64,000 nt of DNA from Candidatus Woesebacteria bacterium. GTDB taxonomy: Bacteria; Patescibacteriota; Microgenomatia; UBA8517. The notes beneath the pieces are model-generated. The model searched no databases. It was given only the letters and a program-made list of their open reading frames with translations, and had not been told where the DNA came from. Below, in pieces: positions 37,024 to 46,564 of the stretch (position 1 is its first letter; the number at the start of each line of letters is the position of its first letter). The stretch is taken from positions 628,790 to 692,789 of the forward strand of contig OY970314.1 in NCBI GenBank assembly GCA_963716475.1, given 5' to 3'. The position numbers and the translations under genes were made by a program.

Positions 37024-38514
37024 TCATTGTGAATATAACTTAAAATCTTTTCTATACTCACCGATGGTTATTGTTCTCAAGAACCGCCAATGAAACTGAT
37101 TAATCAGAGCGGCGCAAAAGTTGTCATCCTCATCGCTACTGTATTTACATATATTTATTGACTTTTGAGATTCAAGTTCAATCTGACCACTGTAAGCGGG
37201 AAGTGAGAATGTATTTTCTTTTCTGAAAAAATACCAAATTGAACGGCTATCCCAAAAAGGGGGAGAAGAGTTTTTCGTCATAGTAAAACTATAATTTGGA
37301 TAATCTTGCTTTAATAGGATGGAGAGTTTTTGATAGGTTTGAAGGTTCTCACCTAGGCCAATTGTAGTCAGAGCCTGCAAATCATTGGCGCCAATAAAGA
37401 AGAAGCTTGCAAAAAAAATGATTAGAAAAAGGAGGTTCCGTTTATTTTTAGACCCCAAACTCAATTGTAAAAATGAGCCGATTACCAGAAAGTAGAAAGG
37501 TGCAAGTAAAATGAGGTAATGTGGAAACGGATCCTTTTTTAGACAAAATAAGATGACGTGATAGTAAAAAATAAAGAGGAAGGAAATAAAGAACACTGGT
37601 GATTTTTTTCTAAAAACAAAGTAAATGCTCAGTAATATATAAAAGGCGACAGCAATAGTTGTTCGATTTGGGAATATATTAACGAGTTGACTTAAGGCTG
37701 TTTGTTGGATGTCTTGCAAACGAATCGAACCTCGCAATCCAATTGGGTTGTACTTGTTCAAACCAAATAGATCAAGGAGTCGCCCATTCAAAATGAGAGG
37801 GGAGAAAAAGATGAAAAAACTAAACGCTGAAAAAATAAGAAAAAGGCATAACATATAAAACGATCTTTTACTTTTATGTGAATTTATAAGAATAATCAAT
37901 CCGTAAATAGGCAAAAAAAGCAATGCACCATAAAAGAAAGTTGAGGCGAAAACAAGCAGCATCACGCCTAACAGTAAAAATTTTATTTTCGCATCCATGA
38001 CAAATGAAATAAAGAAAAATAAAGAAATCAAAAAGATCAACAATCCAAAATATGCACTTTGAGGAAATAAGCTCACACTAATCATAAACGGTGATACTGC
38101 GTATAAGAATGCGACGCATCCAGCACTTAACTTTGAATAAAGTTTTTTACCTATAAAATAAATAACAATCACTGATAAAGCGTGGAAAAAGATAAACGCT
38201 CCTCCAATAAACTCGGGTGTGTCAGATACGGTGTCCAACGCGGCGACAAAATAATAATAGTAGGGAGGGTAAACAAAATTGATTCCCGAGTTCCAGTGTC
38301 CATAAAGTGTGTTCTGCGCTTGATGACTGATTAGGTAGCCAGCCAAAAAATCTCTTCCTGTATCAGCATTCCAAACAATCCTATTCGGAAAATTGTAGAA
38401 ACGAAAAAATAGACTCGTGAGGACTAAAAAAACAAGGAAAATAAATTCAATAGTTTTTCCCCGCCTTAATAAAGACTTATTGGTATGACGGTCGGAACTC
38501 ATAGGAATTTGCAT
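37024..38514 (-). CDS. GT-C fold (ArnT/PMT-like) membrane glycosyltransferase
   Basis: FFRFYN...ADTGRD, PPYYYY, many TM helices and PHYL; visibly AT-rich. Confidence 0.75.
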   Translation of the reverse strand: MQIPMSSDRHTNKSLLRRGKTIEFIFLVFLVLTSLFFRFYNFPNRIVWNADTGRDFLAGYLISHQAQNTLYGHWNSGINFVYPPYYYYFVAALDTVSDTPEFIGGAFIFFHALSVIVIYFIGKKLYSKLSAGCVAFLYAVSPFMISVSLFPQSAYFGLLIFLISLFFFISFVMDAKIKFLLLGVMLLVFASTFFYGALLFLPIYGLIILINSHKSKRSFYMLCLFLIFSAFSFFIFFSPLILNGRLLDLFGLNKYNPIGLRGSIRLQDIQQTALSQLVNIFPNRTTIAVAFYILLSIYFVFRKKSPVFFISFLFIFYYHVILFCLKKDPFPHYLILLAPFYFLVIGSFLQLSLGSKNKRNLLFLIIFFASFFFIGANDLQALTTIGLGENLQTYQKLSILLKQDYPNYSFTMTKNSSPPFWDSRSIWYFFRKENTFSLPAYSGQIELESQKSINICKYSSDEDDNFCAALINQFHWRFLRTITIGEYRKDFKLYSQ

Positions 38515-38674
38515 TTACAGATTTATCATTGTGGTCACTTGCCATTCGATGCTTGAATATAGATAAGCTTAAATCCCAACGGTCTAATTTTACTTAATTA
38601 TATAAATTTAACCAAAACATTACTTCTTTTTGGATTTTAGTAATTGTAAGTTAAAATTCAGCTCGGGGACAGTT

Positions 38675-39295
38675 TCAGTTTGTAAACTTAAAAGTGGAGA
38701 GAATTTGATTTACCATCTCCAAATCTTGGTTGTCTACGTCTTTTTCTGAAAAACTAGTTGCGATAATCAAAATTTTATTAGTGCTTTTATTTTCTACAAA
38801 CATAGTTGATTCGCGCAGATAGTTATTTACGAGAGAGTATGATAATCCTTCTTGATTACCAATTTTGGCCACTTCAATGGGGGAAAATCTGGCATCACTT
38901 CCTGAATAAATACTCTCCTGCTCATCCAAATATTTTTTTGCAACTCCGTTAACTGTATTTTCATTTTGATACATATTTTCGTATATATCAATTAAAATTT
39001 GGACAGATTTGTCTTTTGTAGCTTCCCTAATAAATCCTATATATCCCGAAGAATCCTTTTTAACACTCTGTTTAAATTCCGATGGATATTTTAAGGTAAC
39101 TTTCCACTCATTGTCTGTAAATGTTCCCCAATTTGCAATCGGGTCAGTGGTTACAATAGCAATTGGATCAGGTGAATAAGGTCCCAGAATCGTTCCCTTT
39201 GGACCAATATGGCTTTTGTAAACAAAATATCCAACAGTCCCCAATATGGCAACTACCAGAATAATAATTATTGGAGCAAAGCCCTTTTGTTTCAC
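38675..39295 (-). CDS. Surface protein with pilin-like leader and PsbP-like domain
   Basis: MKQKGFAPIIIILVVAILG; W.TF...LKYP and NQILSTFKF end motif. Confidence 0.6.
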   Translation of the reverse strand: MKQKGFAPIIIILVVAILGTVGYFVYKSHIGPKGTILGPYSPDPIAIVTTDPIANWGTFTDNEWKVTLKYPSEFKQSVKKDSSGYIGFIREATKDKSVQILIDIYENMYQNENTVNGVAKKYLDEQESIYSGSDARFSPIEVAKIGNQEGLSYSLVNNYLRESTMFVENKSTNKILIIATSFSEKDVDNQDLEMVNQILSTFKFTN

Positions 39296-39490
39296 AATTC
39301 AGTATCTAGTATCAAAATATGAAAAGCAATAATTGAGGCTATCCTTCGACTTTGCTCAGGATCTCGTCGTGCTCGAGATGAGCAGTGTGGTCTCGGACCA
39401 TTCAGACCCATAGCTGATTACTCCAAGTGTATCATCTTGAGGCCGAATGAGACAAATGGGACATTATAAAGGATTTGTCTCAAGTTGCAC

Positions 39491-39820
39491 CTATTGGATG
39501 TATTCAGAGCCACTTTCAGATAGATCATCCAACAATATTTCAGTGCCGATATCTAAATAATGAATTTTCCTATCTTCTAGAAGTTTTTTAAACTCGCCCT
39601 CTATTGGATAATCGGAAACAACCGATGTAACCTCAATCTTTCCCGACTCAAGAAGCTTTTGGGCCTCTTCAATTGTAGATACATCCATCCAATTATCCGC
39701 CCAATCCCAGAAAGTATATTCACCTGTCGAAAATGGGGAAATTGATAGCTGTACAGGTTTGCTTAAATCTGGTGCATACCTAGGTGAAGTTTCCCAAAAA
39801 CTATTATGTTCCTTAGACAT
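39491..39820 (-). CDS. Hypothetical protein
   Basis: 109-aa ORF; TAGAAT lies 6 nt before ATG. Confidence 0.55.
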   Translation of the reverse strand: MSKEHNSFWETSPRYAPDLSKPVQLSISPFSTGEYTFWDWADNWMDVSTIEEAQKLLESGKIEVTSVVSDYPIEGEFKKLLEDRKIHYLDIGTEILLDDLSESGSEYIQ

Positions 39821-39846
39821 CGGTTTATTCTACCATATCAAAAAAC

Positions 39847-39870
39847 TGGCTCCAGAAAAGAGATTCGAAC
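39847..39870 (-). other. tRNA 3'-end-like remnant, possible att scar
   Basis: Minus strand GTTCGAATCtcttttctggaGCCA resembles a T-loop plus acceptor CCA, about 110 bp downstream of tRNA-Gln. Confidence 0.45.
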
Positions 39871-39980
39871 GGAGGGTTTTTGAGGGTAAAGGACGGTTAT
39901 AATCCTCATCTTTCAAAATAGCACTTTAGGAGGAAAACATGGGCTATTCGAGACACTCGGGTCACTAGGGGTGCATATGC

Positions 39981-40054
39981 TGGCTGCGGGACAGGGATTT
40001 GAACCCCGATACCAGCCTCCAGAGGGCCGTGTCCTACCGTTAGACGATCCCGCA
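39981..40054 (-). tRNA. tRNA-Gln(CTG)
   Basis: tgcgggatcgtctaacggtaggacacggccctCTGgaggctggtatcggggttcaaatccctgtcccgcagCCA folds as a cloverleaf with encoded CCA. Confidence 0.95.
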
Positions 40055-40093
40055 TTATTTCTTCAAAGAGCAGGCTAACGGCCAAGCTCCGCT

Positions 40094-40115
40094 TACCGTT
40101 AGACGATCCCGCATT
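40094..40115 (-). repeat. Exact 22-bp copy of the tRNA-Gln 5' end and flank (40035-40056)
   Basis: taccgttagacgatcccgcatt occurs twice, 59 bp apart. Confidence 0.9.
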
Positions 40116-40168
40116 GTGTCGGAAGCACGCCTATTATACCATTCCTAGCTTGACGTTTGAGGCGGTGA

Positions 40169-41287
40169 TTAATCGGACCTTTGGAACGTTTTGAGAGTGA
40201 GGGCGCCAAGACCTGTCCAGAGGACGACAAGTCCGATTAGAAATCCGACTATCGGAATCGCCCTCAAAATAAATATTGTCAAAAGTCCGAATGCAGACGC
40301 ACCATAAGTTGATGATTTCCAATTAAACTTCCGGAAAATCCAATTCCCCAACGGCAAACTAACCACAATTTTTGCCAGATAAAAATAAAGAAGAAGCATT
40401 AAAAACGCCAAACCCGCAAGAGGTATTCCGACTACGGTAATAAGTAAAACAATTAAACCGGGAACGAATGCTATGGTTACTAAAAATCCGACTCCCAAGC
40501 TTTTCCAAAATGAACCGGAGACGATGCCCGATGTTTCTGTAAAATGCCTGCCAAACAGTTTAAAGTAAAGAAATCCCACTATTAGTGAGCCTATTAGGAA
40601 AATGATTGAGCCGCCGAATTTTGCGGCGTTAAAAATGGCGGGAATATTCTTTTTTGTAGCTTCTAAGCCGGCGCTTGCTGTTGCCGTTTTTGCTTCGGAT
40701 TTATAAACGCTTCCTGCAATCTTGGCTCCCGCTGCTATATTTGCCTGTCCCTGTCCGTTTCCCGCGGCATAGTATAAATCCTTACCGATTTTAGTATCGC
40801 TTCCGATTGTCAAAGATTCGGTTCCTGCATAGACGCTGCGTTTTACCTGTGAGTCTATTGAGAGTGTCCCCACTCCCGCAAGAACTGAGCCGCCGATAAC
40901 GGAATCTTTATCAATATTAACTGTTGCTGCCCCGATAAGGAGAGATCCGCCAATTGAAGCAGAACTTACCAAAACATTTTGGGCGCCGACATATACATTT
41001 CCTTTCACCGTACCGCCAAGATCAACAGAATTTGCTCCTATGTGCAAATTTCCGTTAATAATACCGGAGATTTTTACGGTCTGGGCACCGATAAATACGT
41101 CCCCGTTAACTGTTCCCGCAATCTCAACTATCTGGGCACCGATGAAAAGATCGTCATTAACAACCTCGGTTTTTGCAATGGTTACGTTTCCCTTATCGTT
41201 TGCAATTGCTTTTGCAGAAACGGTTCCCACGGAAAAAACAAAGAAAGTAAATACAAAAATCAGAAACGAGGTAACAACTCTTCGCAT
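40169..41287 (-). CDS. Bactofilin-like beta-helix membrane protein
   Basis: Signal peptide, repeated D(L/V)F.GAQ.V.I.G.V.G units and a multi-TM C-terminus. Confidence 0.75.
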   Translation of the reverse strand: MRRVVTSFLIFVFTFFVFSVGTVSAKAIANDKGNVTIAKTEVVNDDLFIGAQIVEIAGTVNGDVFIGAQTVKISGIINGNLHIGANSVDLGGTVKGNVYVGAQNVLVSSASIGGSLLIGAATVNIDKDSVIGGSVLAGVGTLSIDSQVKRSVYAGTESLTIGSDTKIGKDLYYAAGNGQGQANIAAGAKIAGSVYKSEAKTATASAGLEATKKNIPAIFNAAKFGGSIIFLIGSLIVGFLYFKLFGRHFTETSGIVSGSFWKSLGVGFLVTIAFVPGLIVLLITVVGIPLAGLAFLMLLLYFYLAKIVVSLPLGNWIFRKFNWKSSTYGASAFGLLTIFILRAIPIVGFLIGLVVLWTGLGALTLKTFQRSD

Positions 41288-41382
41288 AACAGATTCATTA
41301 TATCTCAACTGTGTAAATTTCAATAGACGAAATGTTGTTAAAAAAAGGTTTTCTTAAAAGGTTATTATATAATCTCAGATAT

Positions 41383-43149
41383 ATGAAAAACATTTTCAAA
41401 ATTATCCGGGTGTCAAAACCTTTATATAAGATTCTGGGGGTCATTGCCTTTTTAATATTAATAAGTGCCCTCCTCGGGCTTGCTACTCCCCTTGTTTCCA
41501 AATTAATCGTCGATGACATTGTGGCACAAACCAACGGAGCAAAAGGCAATTTAAATAATTTGGTTCTCCTGATCGCCTTAACCTTTGGCATAAACCTTAT
41601 CGGAATTATTGTTTCGGGTCTTTCGGACCGCATCGGGGACCACTTTGCAGGCGAACAAAGAAAACTCTTAACCGAAAAATTCTACAACAAAGTTCTGACT
41701 TTACCCCAAACATATTTTGACACCGAAGTTTCCGGAAAAATGATAAACCAGCTAAGCCGGGGTATTGCCACAATCCAAAATTTCACCAACGCTGCAACCA
41801 ACTTTATTCTTCCTTCGTTTTTACAAAGCATTTTTATTATTATTGTCCTTGCCCGTTACAACCCCCTTATCTCCCTTTTGGTGTTTATTCTTTTTCCCAT
41901 TTATCTGGCTCTCTCCTACTATTCATCAATCAGGTGGGGAGTTGCTGAAGTTAAGAAAAATAAAATTGAGGATACCCTGCGCGGCAGGATACAGGAGGTA
42001 ATCGGTAATATTAGAATCGTAAAAGGTTTTCTGACGGAAAAGACGGAATTTTTGTTTTCTTCAAAGAAACTTACGGAAATTAATAGAATTTACGCCAAAC
42101 AGAGTTCAACATATCATTGGATCGATTTTGCCAGAAACCTGAGCCTTATCATTATCCTTCTGGGAATAAATATTCTGATTTTTTATCAAACTTTTACTGG
42201 AGTTATGACAATAGGAGTCATGGTTCTTATTATCCAGCTTGTTATGCAGGCCAGGGCGCCCCTATTCGGAATGTCATTTATATTGACCCAGCTCCAGAAC
42301 GCGGAGAGCGGATCCAAAGAATTTTTTGAAATTTTGGATCTTCCGGGAATGGAAAACTTCAGTAAAACCGGTATTTCCAAAAAATTTGTTGCTCCCTCAA
42401 TCCAATTTAAAAATGTTTCTTTTAAATACCCCGAATCCGGGAATGTTTTAAACGGCGTAACTTTTACAATCAATCCGAAAGAGAAAATAGCACTTGTAGG
42501 GCATTCCGGGGCAGGTAAAACCACTATTACAAATTTGATACTTAAATTATACGAACCGACCCGCGGAGATATATTCATTTCCGGTAAAAACTACAAGAAA
42601 CTTAAATTTACCGATGTCCGTCAAAATATTGCCCTGGTTTTTCAGGAAAATGAACTTTTTTCCACAAGCGTCAGGGAAAATGTAGCTTACGGAACTAATG
42701 CAACCGAAGCCGAAATTGTTTCCGCCATAAAGTCGGCTAACGCCTGGAGTTTTGTTCAAAAACTTCCCCACGGAATCGATTCGGAAATCGGCGAACGCGG
42801 AGTACGTCTTTCCGGCGGACAAAAACAAAGAATTCAAATCGCCCGGGCTATTCTAAAAAATGCCCCTATTTTGATTTTGGATGAAGCCACAAGCAGTCTG
42901 GATGCAAAAAGCGAAATGGAAGTCCAGGATGCACTTGAAAAACTGATGAAGGATAAACTGGTTATTATAATTGCCCACAGATTTTCAACTCTCCAAAATG
43001 TTGACCACGTTATAGTTCTTGATCGCGGAAAGATTACACAAAAAGGAACCCCAAGAGAATTGGCAAAGGAAAAGGGAGTTTACTCCGATCTTCTCAAATA
43101 TCAGATAGCAGGCAATAAGAAGTTACTGGAAGGATTTGAACTGGTTTAA
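41383..43149 (+). CDS. ABC exporter, fused permease/ATPase (MsbA/MdlB-like)
   Basis: TM domain; GHSGAGKT, LSGGQKQR, LILDEAT and IAHR. Confidence 0.95.
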   Translation: MKNIFKIIRVSKPLYKILGVIAFLILISALLGLATPLVSKLIVDDIVAQTNGAKGNLNNLVLLIALTFGINLIGIIVSGLSDRIGDHFAGEQRKLLTEKFYNKVLTLPQTYFDTEVSGKMINQLSRGIATIQNFTNAATNFILPSFLQSIFIIIVLARYNPLISLLVFILFPIYLALSYYSSIRWGVAEVKKNKIEDTLRGRIQEVIGNIRIVKGFLTEKTEFLFSSKKLTEINRIYAKQSSTYHWIDFARNLSLIIILLGINILIFYQTFTGVMTIGVMVLIIQLVMQARAPLFGMSFILTQLQNAESGSKEFFEILDLPGMENFSKTGISKKFVAPSIQFKNVSFKYPESGNVLNGVTFTINPKEKIALVGHSGAGKTTITNLILKLYEPTRGDIFISGKNYKKLKFTDVRQNIALVFQENELFSTSVRENVAYGTNATEAEIVSAIKSANAWSFVQKLPHGIDSEIGERGVRLSGGQKQRIQIARAILKNAPILILDEATSSLDAKSEMEVQDALEKLMKDKLVIIIAHRFSTLQNVDHVIVLDRGKITQKGTPRELAKEKGVYSDLLKYQIAGNKKLLEGFELV

Positions 43150-43154
43150 ATAGG

Positions 43155-43400
43155 ATGTACTTTATTTATATTCTTTTGTGTACAGACGGGAGTTATTACA
43201 TCGGCTCTACAAACAATGTGGAGAAACGTTTCAAAGATCACCTGGATGGTAAAGGTGCACGGTATACCAAAAGTCATCAACCCAAAAAAGTGGTTTACCA
43301 GGAAAAGTTCTCCACAAAATCAGAGGCTCTGAGGCGTGAAGCAGAACTTAAGAAATGGACTAAAGCGCAAAAGCAAGCTTTAATTAACGGAGAGGTCTAA
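43155..43400 (+). CDS. Small GIY-YIG nuclease (YazA/YhbQ-like)
   Basis: YILLCTDGSYYIG..N...R..H..GKGARYT and ALRRE. Confidence 0.92.
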   Translation: MYFIYILLCTDGSYYIGSTNNVEKRFKDHLDGKGARYTKSHQPKKVVYQEKFSTKSEALRREAELKKWTKAQKQALINGEV

Positions 43401-43402
43401 AT

Positions 43403-43825
43403 CTATTTTTTATATAGTTTTGCGAGGCTAACAATCCCTGTAACCAGTAAGATAAGAATAACCGTCCGAATGATACTTAACATAATCGGTTGAATCAGAA
43501 ATATTCCAACTTCTTTAAAAAATGGTATCTGCAAGCTCGCCATGCAAACAAAGGTGGACTGAATTGCAAATATTATTAACCCAAAAACTATAAAGCTTAA
43601 GGATTTACCGATTTTCCCCTGCACAAAAAGGTCGATATCGGATATAAGGTAAAAAAGCCAAAAAATAACCAAAAGGTTCAAAATTTCCAAAAAATAGATT
43701 ACTATGCCGTTCATTGTATGAAACGCAGGATCATTTCTTGCCAAAACAAAGGGAACAACCACAAATAAAACACCTATCGCTATCAATGAATATTTTTTAA
43801 TGCTCCTAATTTTTTCTATCTTCAT
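43403..43825 (-). CDS. Four-TM membrane protein
   Basis: Hydrophobic 140-aa ORF coupled to the upstream gene. Confidence 0.6.
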   Translation of the reverse strand: MKIEKIRSIKKYSLIAIGVLFVVVPFVLARNDPAFHTMNGIVIYFLEILNLLVIFWLFYLISDIDLFVQGKIGKSLSFIVFGLIIFAIQSTFVCMASLQIPFFKEVGIFLIQPIMLSIIRTVILILLVTGIVSLAKLYKK

Positions 43826-44463
43826 GGTGTTTTATATACTGATGTAAATTTTATATCAGGATACTTAACCAAAACAACTTGGGCTGCATAAAGGGCCGGT
43901 TTACCAAAGGCATCTACATAAACTTCGACCACTTTTTCAATATCAGAAAACGGGTCTTTAGTTAAAACTCCAATTTTCCCCGATTCGTCTATATCAAGTC
44001 CGGATTTTTTTGCTACTTTTATACAAAACGGTCTTCCCAAAATGTCACATTCATTCTTGATAATTTCATTAACTATCTTTTTTATATCATACCGGCTGGA
44101 GATTTCAACGCCGATAGCCTTCTGAAGTGGATGGGTAGAAACATCAACCTTATTAAAATTCGCGGGCGCATTAATTGCTTCATTAAAATAAATTAGCTTC
44201 AAAAACGGTTCCCCGAGACTGACCAGAAAAAGAGAGGCACCAAAAACTGTAGCACCGATCCCTATAATATATTTAAAGGGATCCGGAGATAAATTCTTTA
44301 ATATGTAACCTCCGATAAACAAAGAAGAAACGCCAATTAACGCAATGGGTAGATAGACCAAACAATAATAGAGAAATGCTTTAACCTTTATATTTGACGG
44401 TTCGCTTGATAAGCGGTTAAACATCATCATCTTTATCAATATCATTATATATTCTGCCCGCAA
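43822..44463 (-). CDS. Two-TM protein with a cytoplasmic helical domain
   Basis: Two TM helices then IIKNECDILG...GLDID..G...LV..Y...FG-type segment; start uncertain. Confidence 0.55.
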   Translation of the reverse strand: MRAEYIMILIKMMMFNRLSSEPSNIKVKAFLYYCLVYLPIALIGVSSLFIGGYILKNLSPDPFKYIIGIGATVFGASLFLVSLGEPFLKLIYFNEAINAPANFNKVDVSTHPLQKAIGVEISSRYDIKKIVNEIIKNECDILGRPFCIKVAKKSGLDIDESGKIGVLTKDPFSDIEKVVEVYVDAFGKPALYAAQVVLVKYPDIKFTSVYKTP

Positions 44464-44526
44464 TTTTTGAAGTCTTAAGTCTTAGCCCCTGTTACTGGAG
44501 GCAAAAATTTGCTATATTTTTAACTT

Positions 44527-45183
44527 GTGGGAATACTTACATCGCTAATTAATTTCATTCTTCATATTGATACCCATTTGGGGCAAATTATTGCGGGCTA
44601 CGGAACATTGACCTATATATTTATGTTTGCAGTTATTTTTGCCGAAACGGGTTTTGTTTTTACTCCGTTTTTGCCCGGGGACTCGCTTATTTTTGCAGCC
44701 GGGGCTTTCGCGGCAATCGGCTCTTTTAATGTGGTCTTCCTTATTCTTCTTTTTTGGTCCGCCGCTTTTTTGGGCGATACCGCTAACTACTGGATCGGGC
44801 ACTTCTTCGGTCAAAAAATAATCGACAACCCCAAGCTTCCCATCAATCAGAATCACATCGATAAAACCCGGAAATTTTATGATAAATACGGGGGCAAAAC
44901 TATATTTCTGTCGCGCTTCGTTCCGATAGTCAGAACTTTTGCACCGTTTGTAGCCGGTATCGGAAAAATGGAGTATAAAAAGTTTATTACCTATAACGCC
45001 ACAGGAGGTCTGACCTGGGTATGCGCATTCACACTTCTGGGTTACTTCTTCGGCAACCTCCCCGGAGTTAAAGAAAATTTTTCGTTAGTAGTTTTGGCTA
45101 TCATCGTCCTGTCCATCTCCCCGATCTTAATTGAATTTGCTAAAGCAAGACTAAAAAAAGGAAGTTCGTCCTCTCAAATCTAA
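44527..45183 (+). CDS. dedA: DedA family membrane protein
   Basis: FAETGFVFTPFLPGDSL and RFVPIVRTFAPFVAG. Confidence 0.92.
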   Translation: MGILTSLINFILHIDTHLGQIIAGYGTLTYIFMFAVIFAETGFVFTPFLPGDSLIFAAGAFAAIGSFNVVFLILLFWSAAFLGDTANYWIGHFFGQKIIDNPKLPINQNHIDKTRKFYDKYGGKTIFLSRFVPIVRTFAPFVAGIGKMEYKKFITYNATGGLTWVCAFTLLGYFFGNLPGVKENFSLVVLAIIVLSISPILIEFAKARLKKGSSSSQI

Positions 45184-45803
45184 GGCGGACCGCGTTCAAT
45201 TCTGAGAATATTTGCTTCCACCTCATCCCAATTAATCACATTCGTCCAAGCTTTTATATATTCGTCTCTCCTATTCTGGTATTTCAAATAGTAAGCGTGC
45301 TCCCAAACATCAATCCCAAGTATGGGAATTTGTCCTGCAGAAATGGGCGAGTCCTGGTTTGAAGTCGTTACAATATCAAGATCTGGTTGGTTATTAAGTG
45401 CAACCAACCAGGCCCACCCCGACCCGAATATTCCAACTGACCTTTTTGTAAACTCTTCCAAAAATCGTTCAAGATTGTCCCACTTAGTCCCAATCATTTG
45501 ATATGTTAATTCGCCGGGGGTAGTTTTTTCCGGAGTCATTATCTTCCAGAAAAAACTATGGTTAACATGCCCCCCGGCAAAATTAACGACAGGCTGCCTG
45601 ATCTCAGGACTGATCGTTCCAAGATTAGCGAGCATGTATTCAGCTGTAACACCTTTCAGACTTGCATCTTTCCCGATAATGAGGTTTAATTTGTCGATAT
45701 ACCCCTGATGATGTTTCAGGTAGTGGATTTCCATAGTTTTCTTATCTATATATGGTTCCAATGCATCGAATGAATATTTAAGTTGCGGTAGTTTAAACAT
45801 CAT
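45180..45803 (-). CDS. sodA: Fe/Mn superoxide dismutase
   Basis: LEPYID..TM.IH..KHH, NHSFFW, FGSGWAWL and DVWEHAYY. Confidence 0.96.
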   Translation of the reverse strand: MMFKLPQLKYSFDALEPYIDKKTMEIHYLKHHQGYIDKLNLIIGKDASLKGVTAEYMLANLGTISPEIRQPVVNFAGGHVNHSFFWKIMTPEKTTPGELTYQMIGTKWDNLERFLEEFTKRSVGIFGSGWAWLVALNNQPDLDIVTTSNQDSPISAGQIPILGIDVWEHAYYLKYQNRRDEYIKAWTNVINWDEVEANILRIERGPP

Positions 45804-45837
45804 AGTCAAGATTATGAATTATTTAGGATCCCGGTTC

Positions 45838-45853
45838 TGTAATAAATCTAACA
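45838..45853. promoter_or_regulatory. Crp/Fnr-type operator
   Basis: TGTAA-taaatc-TAACA between divergent sod and Crp/Fnr genes. Confidence 0.55.
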
Positions 45854-45859
45854 AAATGT

Positions 45860-46534
45860 ATGACTGAACAGGAATTTTTTACCAAAAATGGGTCGAGGTT
45901 AAGATTCAAAAAGGGTGATATTTTAATCAGGAGTGAGGAAGAGCCTGCAGGAATTTATTTCCTGAAATCCGGCATTATTAAAATGAGCACTTTTTTTAGC
46001 AACGGAACCGAAATAACTTTTAACTTTTTTAAACCCGGATCCTTTTTCCCAATGATGCTGGTTCTCTCCAAAGCCAAAAATTCCTATGATTTTCAGGCAG
46101 TAACGGACGCCGTCACCTACAGAGTTTCCCAAAAAGAGGTCCTGGAGTTTCTGGAAAGTGAAGGTGCGGTCTACTCCGATCTGGTCAGAAGAATTCTAAT
46201 AGGTTTCGCCGGACTTCTGGGTAGTCTACCCTACTTATTGTCCGGGAACTCGACCAAAAGGGTTGCCGCGGCAATTCTTTTTCTTGAACGCCGTTTTGGG
46301 CAAAAGACCAAAGATGGTCTAACCCTGAGCATCAGAGTCCGGCATGAAGATCTGGCCGGAATGGCAGCCTTGACCCGCGAAACAGTAAGTCTGGTAATTG
46401 AGAAGCTGGAAAGAAAAAAGATTATTCAACAAAAAAACAGGTTTATTATAATTAAACAGCCTGAAGAGCTTAAAACTCTGGCCGGCATGGAAGAACCGTC
46501 AGATCCATCTTTAACAAAAGACATAATCATCTAA
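45860..46534 (+). CDS. Crp/Fnr family transcriptional regulator
   Basis: cNMP-binding barrel and HTH segment HEDLAGMAALTRETVS. Confidence 0.92.
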   Translation: MTEQEFFTKNGSRLRFKKGDILIRSEEEPAGIYFLKSGIIKMSTFFSNGTEITFNFFKPGSFFPMMLVLSKAKNSYDFQAVTDAVTYRVSQKEVLEFLESEGAVYSDLVRRILIGFAGLLGSLPYLLSGNSTKRVAAAILFLERRFGQKTKDGLTLSIRVRHEDLAGMAALTRETVSLVIEKLERKKIIQQKNRFIIIKQPEELKTLAGMEEPSDPSLTKDIII

Positions 46535-46564
46535 CGGGCTATCAGGGGCAAATAACCTCAATTC

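Noticed and set aside
43155-43400. Homing endonuclease or intron
   Set aside because: The 81-aa stand-alone GIY-YIG protein is YazA/YhbQ type and interrupts no gene.
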